A DNA stretch of 52,547 bases from Minisyncoccia bacterium (GCA_038212375.1 JBBQUO010000001.1:1-52547); one strand, 5' to 3'; numbered from the stretch's first letter, positions 35,194 through 45,087 are shown. The notes: generated by a model from the sequence alone, not told the origin. Translations and numbers: made by a program.

Positions 35194-36710
35194 GGGTTTG
35201 GAGAAGCAGAAATAATGGAAAGCATGTCTTTCCTGTTCGTGCTTGGAGTAAGAATACCCAAGTACATAAAGTCTCCAGAACAGTATGATGGTCCTCCACT
35301 ACCACCAAGACTTGCAAGAGATAAAAACGTGTTTGTGGTGCTATCTTGTGACCATGGTTTTATTGAGTTGATGTTAGAGACATCCCAAACTTGAAATTGC
35401 GCCTTTGTAATGAAGAATGCCAGGTCGCCCTTCACGGAAATTCCATAAATACTATTTTTGTTATTTGGATTCACTACAACATTGAGGTTTCCGAGAGTTA
35501 GAACGTTTGTGGGATTTGAAATATTAAGTGCATAGAACTCATTGGTACCGTACGTTCTTCCAAAGTACATCGTATTTCCCAAAAGAAACATGCTTTCTCC
35601 ATAGTTTGAACCAACACCATTTAAATCAGGGGGATAAAATGAAGAAGTAAATCCTCCAATCCTTTGCATGAATGTTTTGCTACTGGGCAAGATATCAAGT
35701 ATGGTCATGCTTTCGCTACTCGGTGTTGCTATGTAGGCATAGTTTCCTCGTGTCACAATACTATTTACATCATGTCCGACTTCATACATTCCATTTGAAA
35801 TAAGAATTGGGTTTGTGGAACTTGAAACATCAAAAACAGCAAGTTCAGCTCCAGAAGTATTGGCGGTTAGTCCCAGATAAATCTTGTTGTTGTGGTAGTG
35901 GATCGCATTTCCAAGCCCACTCGAGCCTGTAACTTTTCTAGAAGCTACGATTGTTGGCTTTGTTGGATCAGATATATCAATAACTTGAAGCTGACTTACT
36001 GTACTCTTGGTGGCTACGAAAGCATAGTTTCTTGATATTGCGATCGCACTGACAAGTGCCGCGGTGGTCGTAGCGCCTCGATATACCGGCTTTTGTCCAG
36101 ATGACGTAGGAAGGTCGAAAATATAAATCGTATTTTTATTTGAGCTTGGCACTGCGTCGAGCCCAATATACAACCTCTGATTACTAACCGATAAACCTCC
36201 GATACCGAAACCATTACCATTTCCACCATTTACGCCGAGCTCTCCAAAGTCCCAGGTACTTGCAGTTGGATTTTTCCAACTTTCTTTATCTATGTAGATA
36301 GAATTGCAGCTATCACCATTTAAGTACCCGAGTGGGTTGGTAAGTAAAGTGGAAAGTGAGACGTGAAGGGAGAGACCGTATTCATTCCACGATACAGTAC
36401 TTGTGGCTTGTTTTGTAAATGGATCAATCTGAGTTGCTTCCAGTGATCTTTCGTATGTTCCATCAGTTGTTTTTACAATGGGTTGGACAAGATTGAAATC
36501 AAACGTTGCAAGACCCCGTACTTCTTCTATAGTTTCAAGAGCCATAGAAAGCGCTGAACTGCTCATGCTATTACTTTCTACAATAGATTGGTTGCGAAAC
36601 GTTATCAGGATAATTGCACCGAGGCTTAGCGAGAGGACAGTAAATGCAATAAGTATTTCTATACTTGCCATACCTGACAGCTTTTGATTAGTAGATGATT
36701 GCGCCTTCAT
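35190..36710 (-). CDS. Prepilin-type N-terminus fused to an LVIVD-repeat beta-propeller domain
   Basis: MKAQSSTNQKLSG/MASIEILIAF (G at -1, E at +5). Repeated blocks NYAFVATKS..LQVIDISDPTKPTIV, NKIYLGLTA..LAVFDVSSSTNPILI, GNYAYIATPS..MTILDI and GDLAFFITKAQFQVWDVSNINSIKP. Confidence 0.65.
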   Translation of the reverse strand: MKAQSSTNQKLSGMASIEILIAFTVLSLSLGAIILITFRNQSIVESNSMSSSALSMALETIEEVRGLATFDFNLVQPIVKTTDGTYERSLEATQIDPFTKQATSTVSWNEYGLSLHVSLSTLLTNPLGYLNGDSCNSIYIDKESWKNPTASTWDFGELGVNGGNGNGFGIGGLSVSNQRLYIGLDAVPSSNKNTIYIFDLPTSSGQKPVYRGATTTAALVSAIAISRNYAFVATKSTVSQLQVIDISDPTKPTIVASRKVTGSSGLGNAIHYHNNKIYLGLTANTSGAELAVFDVSSSTNPILISNGMYEVGHDVNSIVTRGNYAYIATPSSESMTILDILPSSKTFMQRIGGFTSSFYPPDLNGVGSNYGESMFLLGNTMYFGRTYGTNEFYALNISNPTNVLTLGNLNVVVNPNNKNSIYGISVKGDLAFFITKAQFQVWDVSNINSIKPWSQDSTTNTFLSLASLGGSGGPSYCSGDFMYLGILTPSTNRKDMLSIISASPNP

Positions 36711-37152
36711 AGTTTACGGTAGTCGTTGAAATGTGACTTTCTTGATGAATAACAATTACTACCGGAGTGCTCGTGCCGCTTAGTTGAGTGAATACAACAC
36801 CAAGGCCATAAATGCAGGAAATTATGTTTGGGCTACTTTCGACCGAAACATGAGAGTTTGCTGAGATTGAGATATTGCTGCTACTCATGGCATCGTAGGT
36901 GTATCCCTCAAATAGTACATAGGAGTGCGATTCTTGCTTGTAACAAACACCATGTCTTGTTTGATGTATGTTGTTTTGTGCTTGGCCGCGTGCTCTCGAA
37001 AGGAGATTTATCAGTGTTGACTGTTCTGATGTGGATACAAAATTTTGCTGAAGCGCAGTGCTATACAGCATCCCCAAACTAAGGAGTATTGTGAGAATAG
37101 TTATCGAAATAATTACTTCGATGAGTGTAAAAGCATCAGTGTGTTTAAGCAT
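36688..37152 (-). CDS. Type IV pilin-like minor pilin
   Basis: Start at 37152: MLKHTDA/FTLIEVIISITILTILL (F at +1, E at +5). Overlaps the end of pilC by 8 nt. Confidence 0.65.
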   Translation of the reverse strand: MLKHTDAFTLIEVIISITILTILLSLGMLYSTALQQNFVSTSEQSTLINLLSRARGQAQNNIHQTRHGVCYKQESHSYVLFEGYTYDAMSSSNISISANSHVSVESSPNIISCIYGLGVVFTQLSGTSTPVVIVIHQESHISTTTVNYEGAIIY

Positions 37153-38254
37153 GAAGATTTTGAGTGATGCTATAAATTGGAGTAATAATAGAAACAGCGA
37201 TAAAACCAACAATAATTCCCATAATTATCATGAGTACAGGCTCCACTAGATTTGAAAGATTTTTTGTCATAGCATCTACTTCCTGTTCAAAAAATTCTGC
37301 AAGATACATACATGAATTTTCAAGATCACCAGTTCGCTCTCCAACAGAAATAATTTGCGACATCACATCAGGAAATAAGTCTGGGTAGAGTGCAATGTGA
37401 CTTGTTATGGTTCCTCCCTGAATGATCCTTTCTATAAGTAGTTCATACTGGTATCTAAATTGATAGTTTTGTGTTGTATTTTTTACCACCACAACTGCTT
37501 CTGAAAGAGACATTGAACTACGCAAGAGTAGTGCGAGAGTTCGCATACTATTTGCAAGAGTGTAATATTTTGTCATTGGTCCAACGATAGGCGTTCTCAA
37601 GATTAATTGATCGACAAAGAATGCAAACTTTGGTAATTTTTTTATCGTAAATGCAATCAATACCGCTATGCCAAAACTTATGAAAATGCATGCGATGCCA
37701 AAGTTACTAATGAAATGAGAAAGTTTCATAACAATACGTGTTGTAAGGGGAATTTTTACATGCAAACTTAAAAAAATCGGCATAATTTTTGGAAACAGAT
37801 ATACTACGAGAAACGATGTAATCCCAAGAGTTGCAACACAGACTACTATAGGATAGATAAATGCACTGATTACTTTGCGCTTCAGCATTTGTTTCTTCTG
37901 TAGTTCATCAGCAAGATAGCTTAAGTTACTACTGAGAATTCCAGTACTTTCTCCAATTTCAATAATATTAATTGCAAAAGAACCAAAAAGATATTCTGCT
38001 TTCTTGAGACTTTTTGAAAGTGATTGACCGTTCGAAACCTGATATGTAGCAATTCCTAGTAGGATTAGGGTCCGTGGATTACGAGTTTGTTCTTTGATAA
38101 TAAGGAGGCTTTCGAGTACAGGGATTCCAGACCTAATAAGAAATGACAAACGTTTTGCCAAAAAAGTTTGCTCTTTGATAGAAAGTTTCGAGCGAAAAAG
38201 AGATTTAAAAAAGTGTTTAAAACGATTAATATAGGTGATTACAATGTTATTCAT
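37145..38254 (-). CDS. pilC: Type IV pilus/T2SS platform protein (GspF/PilC family)
   Basis: 369 aa with two T2SSF repeats and 3 TM segments. Confidence 0.85.
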   Translation of the reverse strand: MNNIVITYINRFKHFFKSLFRSKLSIKEQTFLAKRLSFLIRSGIPVLESLLIIKEQTRNPRTLILLGIATYQVSNGQSLSKSLKKAEYLFGSFAINIIEIGESTGILSSNLSYLADELQKKQMLKRKVISAFIYPIVVCVATLGITSFLVVYLFPKIMPIFLSLHVKIPLTTRIVMKLSHFISNFGIACIFISFGIAVLIAFTIKKLPKFAFFVDQLILRTPIVGPMTKYYTLANSMRTLALLLRSSMSLSEAVVVVKNTTQNYQFRYQYELLIERIIQGGTITSHIALYPDLFPDVMSQIISVGERTGDLENSCMYLAEFFEQEVDAMTKNLSNLVEPVLMIIMGIIVGFIAVSIITPIYSITQNLHA

Positions 38255-39455
38255 AGATCACTCTAAGTACTTCATCGATAGTTGTTTGCCCAGATAAAGC
38301 TTTCAAAAAACCATCTTCGAGCATTGTTGTCATACCGTTTTTTTTCGCAATCATTTTTAATTCTTCCGATGATGCTTTTCTTAAAATTGCTTCGCGAATT
38401 TCATTATCAGAGACAAGTACTTCATTTATTGAAATTCTCCCTTTGTATCCGCTGTTCGCGCACTGTCCGCACCCTAATCCTTTATAGATTATTGTTCCAG
38501 GTACAAAAAGTGATGAAAATTCAGAAAGTGCATTGCTCAATATTTCGGATACAACAATTTTTTCTTTGCAGTGATTACAAATTTTTCGAACTAGCCTTTG
38601 TCCAATCGCAATGTTGACTGTTGAAGCTACAAGGTATGTCTCAATCCCCATATCAAGAAGGCGAGGAAGTGTGGTTGCCGCATCGTTTGTGTGTAGTGTT
38701 GAAAGCAAAAGGTGTCCTGTGAGCGCAGTGTTTACTGCAATGCTTGCAGTCTCAGTATCACGAATTTCTCCAACCATAATGATGTTCGGATCTTGTCTTA
38801 GAATCGATCGCAAACCATTTGCAAATGTAAGTCCAGTTCTTGAATTCACTTGAATCTGCTCAATGTTTGCGATTGCATATTCAATCGGGTCTTCAATGGT
38901 AATAATAGATACTTCACTGGAGTTCAGCATTTTGACCAGTGTATAGAGTGTAGTTGTTTTGCCGCTTCCAGTAGGCCCTGTTGCAAGAATCATCCCACTC
39001 GATTTTTGGAGCGCTTTCTGAATTTTTATCGTGTCGCTCGCACTAAATCCTAAAGATTCTATGGTTGATACTTCTGCTTTGTCAGAAAGCACTCGTAAGA
39101 CAGCATTTTCTCCATAATATGTTGGAACAATAGATATTCGTACATCAATATAATTTCCTGCTTCGCATAGATGACGAAAGCGACCGTCTTGGGTCGCTTG
39201 ATGTTCGTCTAATCTAAGTTTTGCTAAGACTTTTATACGTGAGATGAGTTCGCTCTGTATGGTGATCGGTAACACGTATGTATTGAAGAGCACACCATCG
39301 ATCCGAAGCCTTATTCTGAGCGAATCAGGACTTGGGTCGATATGGATATCTGACGCTCCACTTTCATTCGCTTTTTCGATAATGCAGTCGACAAGATACA
39401 TGATCGATATGTCAGCTCCGCGACCCACTTCATTTTTTACTCGAGCATCAATCAT
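38247..39455 (-). CDS. pilB: Type IV pilus assembly ATPase (GspE/PilB family, short N-terminus)
   Basis: Walker A GPTGSGKTTT, Asp/His boxes, and a tetracysteine CNHC..CGQC. Confidence 0.9.
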   Translation of the reverse strand: MIDARVKNEVGRGADISIMYLVDCIIEKANESGASDIHIDPSPDSLRIRLRIDGVLFNTYVLPITIQSELISRIKVLAKLRLDEHQATQDGRFRHLCEAGNYIDVRISIVPTYYGENAVLRVLSDKAEVSTIESLGFSASDTIKIQKALQKSSGMILATGPTGSGKTTTLYTLVKMLNSSEVSIITIEDPIEYAIANIEQIQVNSRTGLTFANGLRSILRQDPNIIMVGEIRDTETASIAVNTALTGHLLLSTLHTNDAATTLPRLLDMGIETYLVASTVNIAIGQRLVRKICNHCKEKIVVSEILSNALSEFSSLFVPGTIIYKGLGCGQCANSGYKGRISINEVLVSDNEIREAILRKASSEELKMIAKKNGMTTMLEDGFLKALSGQTTIDEVLRVIYE

Positions 39456-39558
39456 TGATACTAAAAATGTATGTAAAAACTGTACTATAAAGTGTAGTTA
39501 TCTGCAAGAAATGCAATTGTACAAACATTACCTATCTCATCGCTGATATACTATAGAT

Positions 39559-40815
39559 ATGACACTTGACGACATCGCACTTCTTGAAAGCACCGCATTG
39601 TGGACTAAAACAGAACTCGAACGGCACTACGTTAAAGGTTTTGGCATTTTCCCGTCTGCAGATCCAGATGATAATTATTATAATCAACTTTGGTCTAGAG
39701 ACTTTGCCCATGCAGCATGCCACTACTTTATCCGAGAGAACCCAGAGGCAGTACTCGACTCGCTTATGACAATATTCAAGCACCAAGATGCTGAAGGATG
39801 TTTACCGTTTCGTGTAGAAAGAGAATACACCATTTTCAAGATTATTCCTGGATTCGATCGTGTTTCGAAGCCGATCTTTTCTATGTTTGAAAAGATATTT
39901 CACAATAGAAATGAGAAGCCGCTGTATGAAAAAGATGATTTGATCAACGCAGGAGACACGATACCAGTCATCTTGATTACTCTTGGATATTTTTCCAGCA
40001 CTTCTGCTCTTGGGAAAGAATTTGTAAAAAATCATGCGAAGCAGATAGCCGACGCAATCAAATACTTCCAAAAACAGTCAGATCCTGTCGATAGTCTTGC
40101 GATAATCAAAGGACCATATCCAGATTGGGCTGACACAATCAAAAAATCTGGAAAACTTTCTACTATTAACATCTGGTGGGCAGAGGGACTTGAAATGATG
40201 GGAACCATATTTAGTGAGCTTGGATTTTCAGAAGATGCACTGACTTTTACAGAGCTTTCTAGAAAAGTGAAAACAACAATCTATATGAAACTTTTCGATG
40301 CGAGTAGTGGATACTTTAAAGCTGACGTAGGGGACCCTCGTCTTTCTACTGTCGCGTCAATTTTTGGATCCCAATATATCCTCGATGCTACACAGGCGGA
40401 AAGAGTAGAAACTACGCTTTTCAAGCGAGTTCGTCATACGACAGGATACAAAAACTTTGATCCAGAATATGTGATAGAAAAAATTTTGCCTATCCAGCGA
40501 ATTCTTGGGAATAGTGACTATCACAACGTAAATGTGTGGCCGTGGGTAACACTGCAGAATATTTTTGTAAAAGTAAAAATCGCACTGGATCATCCAAGTG
40601 CAGAAATACAAACTCGGTATAAAAATGAAGCTATTGAAGATTTGTTTCTCATCGCAAAACTTTTCAAGGAGTCAGGTGGTGCGTATGAAGTATTTTTACC
40701 TGATAAGTCCGAGCCAGCTCACGGTCTTGTCTATGCTTCGGCACGAAACTTCATGGGAAGCCTCGCTGGATATCATGGTGCGTACCATAAACTAAAATCG
40801 CTACACTGGATCTGA
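39559..40815 (+). CDS. (alpha/alpha)6-barrel glycoside hydrolase (amylo-alpha-1,6-glucosidase/GH15-GH63-like)
   Basis: LWSRDFAHAACHYF, HQDAEGCLPF and NVWPWVTLQNIF blocks, typical of GDE_C-type barrels. Assigned at family level only. Confidence 0.5.
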   Translation: MTLDDIALLESTALWTKTELERHYVKGFGIFPSADPDDNYYNQLWSRDFAHAACHYFIRENPEAVLDSLMTIFKHQDAEGCLPFRVEREYTIFKIIPGFDRVSKPIFSMFEKIFHNRNEKPLYEKDDLINAGDTIPVILITLGYFSSTSALGKEFVKNHAKQIADAIKYFQKQSDPVDSLAIIKGPYPDWADTIKKSGKLSTINIWWAEGLEMMGTIFSELGFSEDALTFTELSRKVKTTIYMKLFDASSGYFKADVGDPRLSTVASIFGSQYILDATQAERVETTLFKRVRHTTGYKNFDPEYVIEKILPIQRILGNSDYHNVNVWPWVTLQNIFVKVKIALDHPSAEIQTRYKNEAIEDLFLIAKLFKESGGAYEVFLPDKSEPAHGLVYASARNFMGSLAGYHGAYHKLKSLHWI

Positions 40816-40816
40816 G

Positions 40817-41692
40817 TTACTCAAAGAAATTTATAAGATAGGTGTCAATCTCTCTCTGGTCGAGATTATAAAATTCCTTTTGGTCGTTGTGTATTTTTGT
40901 AGAAAGCGCAGTGCCAACATATCTCCAGTGCCAAGGCTCGTAAATATAGTATTTGTTATTAGGTGGATACGATTCAATAAAACCATATTGCCAAGCATTT
41001 GCTTTAAGCCATGTGTATTCTGAAGTCATTTGAAAACCTGTAAATGTTGCTTTCACTTTCGGATTCGTAAAGTCCAACGCTGTACCGAGCTGGTGCTCAG
41101 AATAGCCTTGATCTGCTGAGAATTTATTAGCCCCTGACCCATAGACCACTGCATATGTAGATTTTAGCCCTGATTGCTCTGAAAATGAGCGATACGATGA
41201 AAGAACTTCAAGACTTAGTCCTGCTCCCTTTGCTGCATTGAGAAGGGTATTGAGGTGAGGCAATGCACCTGTCAAAAATCTTAAAGGTTTTGCTTTATCA
41301 TAGAGAAACTGAGGGTCAATTTCTGTGAGTCCTACTGGAAGGTAGTTTTCATTGAGGAAGAATATTTTTGAATATTTTTTTAAGAGTTCGGGATCAGTTT
41401 GTGAGAGTTTCTGGAGTGTTCCTACGGTATTTGAAATTCCTTTGATTTGACCATCAAGACCACTTAGCTGGTTTTGTGCGTATCCGAGAGCATTTACCAG
41501 TTCAGTATTTTTTGTTTGTTCAGATTGAACTTCGGCATGCAGATCGCTGATAGTTTGTTGTTGCTCGACTGTTTTGATATAGAGAAGATATCCTCTATAA
41601 GAGCCATAGCTTATACAACCAAATATCACAATAAAAAAAATATATACACTAATTTTTTTACCCAGACTAGACTTTTTTACCGTATCTTCCAT
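40817..41692 (-). CDS. D-alanyl-D-alanine carboxypeptidase, peptidase M15 (VanY-like)
   Basis: N-terminal TM and coiled coil. SSYRSFSEQ, SEHQLGTALDF and EPWHWRYVG zinc-peptidase motifs. Confidence 0.85.
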   Translation of the reverse strand: MEDTVKKSSLGKKISVYIFFIVIFGCISYGSYRGYLLYIKTVEQQQTISDLHAEVQSEQTKNTELVNALGYAQNQLSGLDGQIKGISNTVGTLQKLSQTDPELLKKYSKIFFLNENYLPVGLTEIDPQFLYDKAKPLRFLTGALPHLNTLLNAAKGAGLSLEVLSSYRSFSEQSGLKSTYAVVYGSGANKFSADQGYSEHQLGTALDFTNPKVKATFTGFQMTSEYTWLKANAWQYGFIESYPPNNKYYIYEPWHWRYVGTALSTKIHNDQKEFYNLDQREIDTYLINFFE

Positions 41693-41739
41693 GAGCGGAA
41701 TTGTACCACGCAGTTTCTCTTTCTTGATATACTCATAGT

Positions 41740-42345
41740 ATGGACAAACTTACAAAAAAAGAGAATGCTATATTTAATACACTCAATACTCCAAAAAAAA
41801 TTCAAGATTTTCTTGAAACCCTCTCGATTAATTTTGAAAAAGATGGAGATGTTTTGAAATCCCCTCGGGAAGTGCTGCGAACCAAAAATGCACAATGCTT
41901 TGAAGGTGCACTTTTCGCTGCAGCAGCGCTCTATTATCACGGACATAAGCCTCTTCTTCTCGACCTTGTAACTTCTCATGGAGATGATAGTCATGTTGTA
42001 GCTTTGTACAAGATTGGAAATAAATGGGGCGCACTGAGCAAGACTAATCATGCAGTCCTTCGTTTTCGTGACGCCGTATATTATTCGCCAAGAGAAGTTG
42101 CGATGTCATACTTTCATGAATATTTTCTTGATAATGGAATAAAAACCTTACGAAGCTACGCTGTATATGATTTAAGAAAGATAAAAAATAACTGGATTGT
42201 TGATGAAAAAAATTTGTGGTATGTCGATGATGCTCTTGAGCGAACAAAACATATCGAAATAATTTCGCAGCAAGATGCAAAGACACTGAGAAAAGCTGAT
42301 GATATAGAAATTCTTGCAGGTAAGATTGTAAAAGAAAAAAAATGA
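41740..42345 (+). CDS. Hypothetical protein, transglutaminase-like Cys-His fold suspected
   Basis: NAQCFEGALFAAAALYYHG...DDSHVVALYKIGNKWGALSKTNH resembles the Cys/His core of transglutaminase-like peptidases. Confidence 0.35.
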   Translation: MDKLTKKENAIFNTLNTPKKIQDFLETLSINFEKDGDVLKSPREVLRTKNAQCFEGALFAAAALYYHGHKPLLLDLVTSHGDDSHVVALYKIGNKWGALSKTNHAVLRFRDAVYYSPREVAMSYFHEYFLDNGIKTLRSYAVYDLRKIKNNWIVDEKNLWYVDDALERTKHIEIISQQDAKTLRKADDIEILAGKIVKEKK

Positions 42346-42370
42346 AACCCCGCACAAGTGCGGGGTTTCA
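42343..42370. terminator. Bidirectional terminator
   Basis: tgaaaccccgcac / aa / gtgcggggtttca, preceded by an A8 run. Confidence 0.8.
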
Positions 42371-42377
42371 TTAATAC

Positions 42378-43100
42378 TTATTCGAGTACCAATGTGCTAT
42401 CAAATAGATGACCTTCTGGAATGTCTGGGTCATCAATGTGATCTATGATCCACATTGCGATTGTCTCTGGTTGCACCGCAAGTGCTCTCTTTTCCTCTGT
42501 ATCGAGGAGAAGTTTTGTTTCACCACTGTTTACTATTGCCGGTGCAAGGTCTGTAAGTCTTACTGGCGTATCAGCAAGCTCGTAGATAAGGGAGTGTATA
42601 AAATGCCTCGAAGCAGCCTTCATCGCTCCATAGCTTAGATTGCCGATGAGGTGTGGTCGTAGAGCCGCATGCGAAGAAATATTTACAATGAGACCTTTGC
42701 CTTGTGCACGAAAAAACTCTTGTGCAACAGATGCAATAACAACCGTAGTTTTGAGGAGCGCGTGGTAGTGCTTGTCGAATATCTCCACAATTTCTTCAGG
42801 AGAATTATCGATAGAAGTACGGGACCATGTGCCAGTTGCGTTCACGATTGCATCAATTGTCCCAAACTTTTTGACTGCAAAGTCAAGAAGATTTCTGATG
42901 TTTTCGACACTGGTCGCATCGGATGGGACATACGCTGAACGCGTAGGATCGCACTGCGCAAACAATGCTTCAAGTTTTTTCTCGTCACGCGCAGCGAGGA
43001 CTACATGAGCTCCTTGTTCGAGAAACACTCGAACAAGAACACTCCCAATGCCGCCTGTTGCACCGACGACAATAATGACTTTTCCAGAGATAGTTTTCAT
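42378..43100 (-). CDS. SDR family oxidoreductase
   Basis: VVGATGGIGS cofactor motif and YGAMKAA catalytic motif. Confidence 0.8.
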   Translation of the reverse strand: MKTISGKVIIVVGATGGIGSVLVRVFLEQGAHVVLAARDEKKLEALFAQCDPTRSAYVPSDATSVENIRNLLDFAVKKFGTIDAIVNATGTWSRTSIDNSPEEIVEIFDKHYHALLKTTVVIASVAQEFFRAQGKGLIVNISSHAALRPHLIGNLSYGAMKAASRHFIHSLIYELADTPVRLTDLAPAIVNSGETKLLLDTEEKRALAVQPETIAMWIIDHIDDPDIPEGHLFDSTLVLE

Positions 43101-43170
43101 GAGTAGTATGGGTTAGGGAAGTGCAGAGTTCTTCTATAGGTATACAGTATTTTGAGGAGAAAATACAATC

Positions 43171-44178
43171 TTACTTTCCTTGTCCATACACCTTTCTTAA
43201 AAGAGCTACATGCTCTTTGTATGTTTCAGTGCAATGGAAGTTTCCTTGTGGATCATTAAAGTAGTAAAGACATGGAGTTTTGATTGGGTTTAGAGCAGCA
43301 AGGATTGCAGCTACAGAAGGATTTGAGATAGGGGTGGGCGGTAAGCCACTTTCACTATATGTATTGTATGGAGATTTTAGATACTTATCTTTTGGAAGCA
43401 CTTTTGGCCACCAAACGCTTGTCTTGTTGGTGCTTGCTTTTGCATATTGTAGTGTTGCATCTACTTGGAGATTCATATTTGCAAATAATCGGTTCCAGAT
43501 AATTCCAGAAATAAGACGCATATCGTCGTTTCCAATAGTTTCTCTCTGGATGATAGAAGCGATAGTAAGCGCGTCGTTAAGTGGGACTTTTTCCTGAGTT
43601 GTGGTGCCGTAATGAGAAAGCACATCTTGCGTAAATCTTGCATTCACTTGTGCTTGCACTAATCCAGGGGTAGTACCACTTTCAACGTAGTAAGTAGCTG
43701 GAGCAAATGAACCTTCTGCAAAGGGAAGCGCACCACCATTTTGAGCAGTAAGGAATGCAAGTTTCTCATCAGCTTTCCAACCAAGTGTTATGCTAAATGC
43801 ATTTACCACTTGTTCCTTCCTCATCCCTGGTGTGATAGTGACAAAATGGCTATTAACTGATGCAAGACTTTGATACCACGGTGACTCTGCGATTGATTGC
43901 GCAATAAAACTAAATACCTGCCAAAAAGTATTTTGTGCATTGTGAGTTGATGCTTGAAGTGGTGAACTTGGACTTACAAGATATGCATTCACATCAGAAT
44001 TCTCAGTGATACTTTTCCGAATCGGATCAACCGTGACCGGAAACTGTGATGTGTTCGAAGTTTTTTGTTGTTCGTAGTGCAAGTTTGCAACAAAAATTTT
44101 TGGTATTAAAAAAATACTAAACACAATAACTAGTACACTGGTAAATGCGCTAAGAGCAATCTTCAATCGAGAATTCAT
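43171..44178 (-). CDS. mltG: Endolytic murein transglycosylase MltG (YceG-like)
   Basis: Start at 44178 (MNSRLKIALSAF, TM). ASIIQRETIGNDD, GIIWNRL, SPYNTYSESGLPPTPISNPS. Confidence 0.85.
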   Translation of the reverse strand: MNSRLKIALSAFTSVLVIVFSIFLIPKIFVANLHYEQQKTSNTSQFPVTVDPIRKSITENSDVNAYLVSPSSPLQASTHNAQNTFWQVFSFIAQSIAESPWYQSLASVNSHFVTITPGMRKEQVVNAFSITLGWKADEKLAFLTAQNGGALPFAEGSFAPATYYVESGTTPGLVQAQVNARFTQDVLSHYGTTTQEKVPLNDALTIASIIQRETIGNDDMRLISGIIWNRLFANMNLQVDATLQYAKASTNKTSVWWPKVLPKDKYLKSPYNTYSESGLPPTPISNPSVAAILAALNPIKTPCLYYFNDPQGNFHCTETYKEHVALLRKVYGQGK

Positions 44179-44222
44179 TATCACTATTGTACCGTAGATT
44201 ATAGAAAAATACTGGAAAGGAA

Positions 44223-44259
44223 ACGGGCGGCTTTTTACTTTCGGTAAAAAGCCGCCCGT
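44223..44259 (-). terminator. Terminator hairpin after the 79-aa gene
   Basis: acgggcggcttttta / ctttcgg / taaaaagccgcccgt. Confidence 0.6.
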
Positions 44260-44269
44260 ATACTTCTTT

Positions 44270-44509
44270 TCATGCAGCTGGTTTGGTTGGAGGCATAGCT
44301 CCACCTCCTTCAGCACCTGAATATGGGTGCCGATTTTTTTGCATTGAACGTAGAAGCGCTTCATCACGATCGTCATCTGAAAGGTGTGTTCTTAGGGTTG
44401 GATGATTTCGGCTCCTACCTTTACCTAGAATGATGATAAGAGCTACGCTTGCAAGAGTGAGCGTAATCAAAAGATGATTGCCGATGAATTGCTCGAGTTT
44501 TTCGAACAT
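44270..44509 (-). CDS. Small membrane protein, hypothetical
   Basis: 79 aa with one TM helix. GAGGTG RBS upstream and its own terminator downstream. Confidence 0.5.
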   Translation of the reverse strand: MFEKLEQFIGNHLLITLTLASVALIIILGKGRSRNHPTLRTHLSDDDRDEALLRSMQKNRHPYSGAEGGGAMPPTKPAA

Positions 44510-44608
44510 GTGTCACCTCTTGGTTAGGGTTCTGCAGTTAGAATACCGTACTTCGGAGTGTAGAGTAAAGCTTCCGTAAAGAGTATTTCTCATGCATAAT
44601 GTCTTTCT

Positions 44609-45022
44609 ATGATTACCAAAAAACTTCCCCAAAAATATCAACAGATTCAAAGAAAATTAAAAGCGAAAAAATCGTATGCAGGGTTAGGGTTGTTTACCGA
44701 CAGTGACATTGAGCGAAAAGGATTCATTATCGAATACGTCGGGCCTATCCTAAGCGAAAAACAGGCAAATATACGAGCAGGGAAATATCTCTTTGAAACA
44801 AGTAAAAATCGATTTATCGATGGAACCGATCGAAAAAATATTGCCCGCTATGCCAATCACTCATGCAGACCAAATGCAGAAGTTGATATTCTGAAAGGAA
44901 GGGTATACCTTTTTGCCAAACAAAAGATCGTTGCAGGAGAAGAAATTCTTTATGATTATGGAAAAGAGTATTTCGACGAGCATATAAAGCCATTTGGCTG
45001 CAGGTGTGCTAAGTGTAAATAG
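44609..45022 (+). CDS. SET domain protein (putative lysine methyltransferase)
   Basis: GLGLFTDSDIERKGFIIEYVG, ARYANHSCRPN, EEILYDYG and a post-SET CRCAKC. Confidence 0.8.
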   Translation: MITKKLPQKYQQIQRKLKAKKSYAGLGLFTDSDIERKGFIIEYVGPILSEKQANIRAGKYLFETSKNRFIDGTDRKNIARYANHSCRPNAEVDILKGRVYLFAKQKIVAGEEILYDYGKEYFDEHIKPFGCRCAKCK

Positions 45023-45087
45023 TTTTTGCAAATTTCTGAAAAATGCGAGAGTTTAATGTGGGTTGAACTTTTCACACAGGAGGAAAC

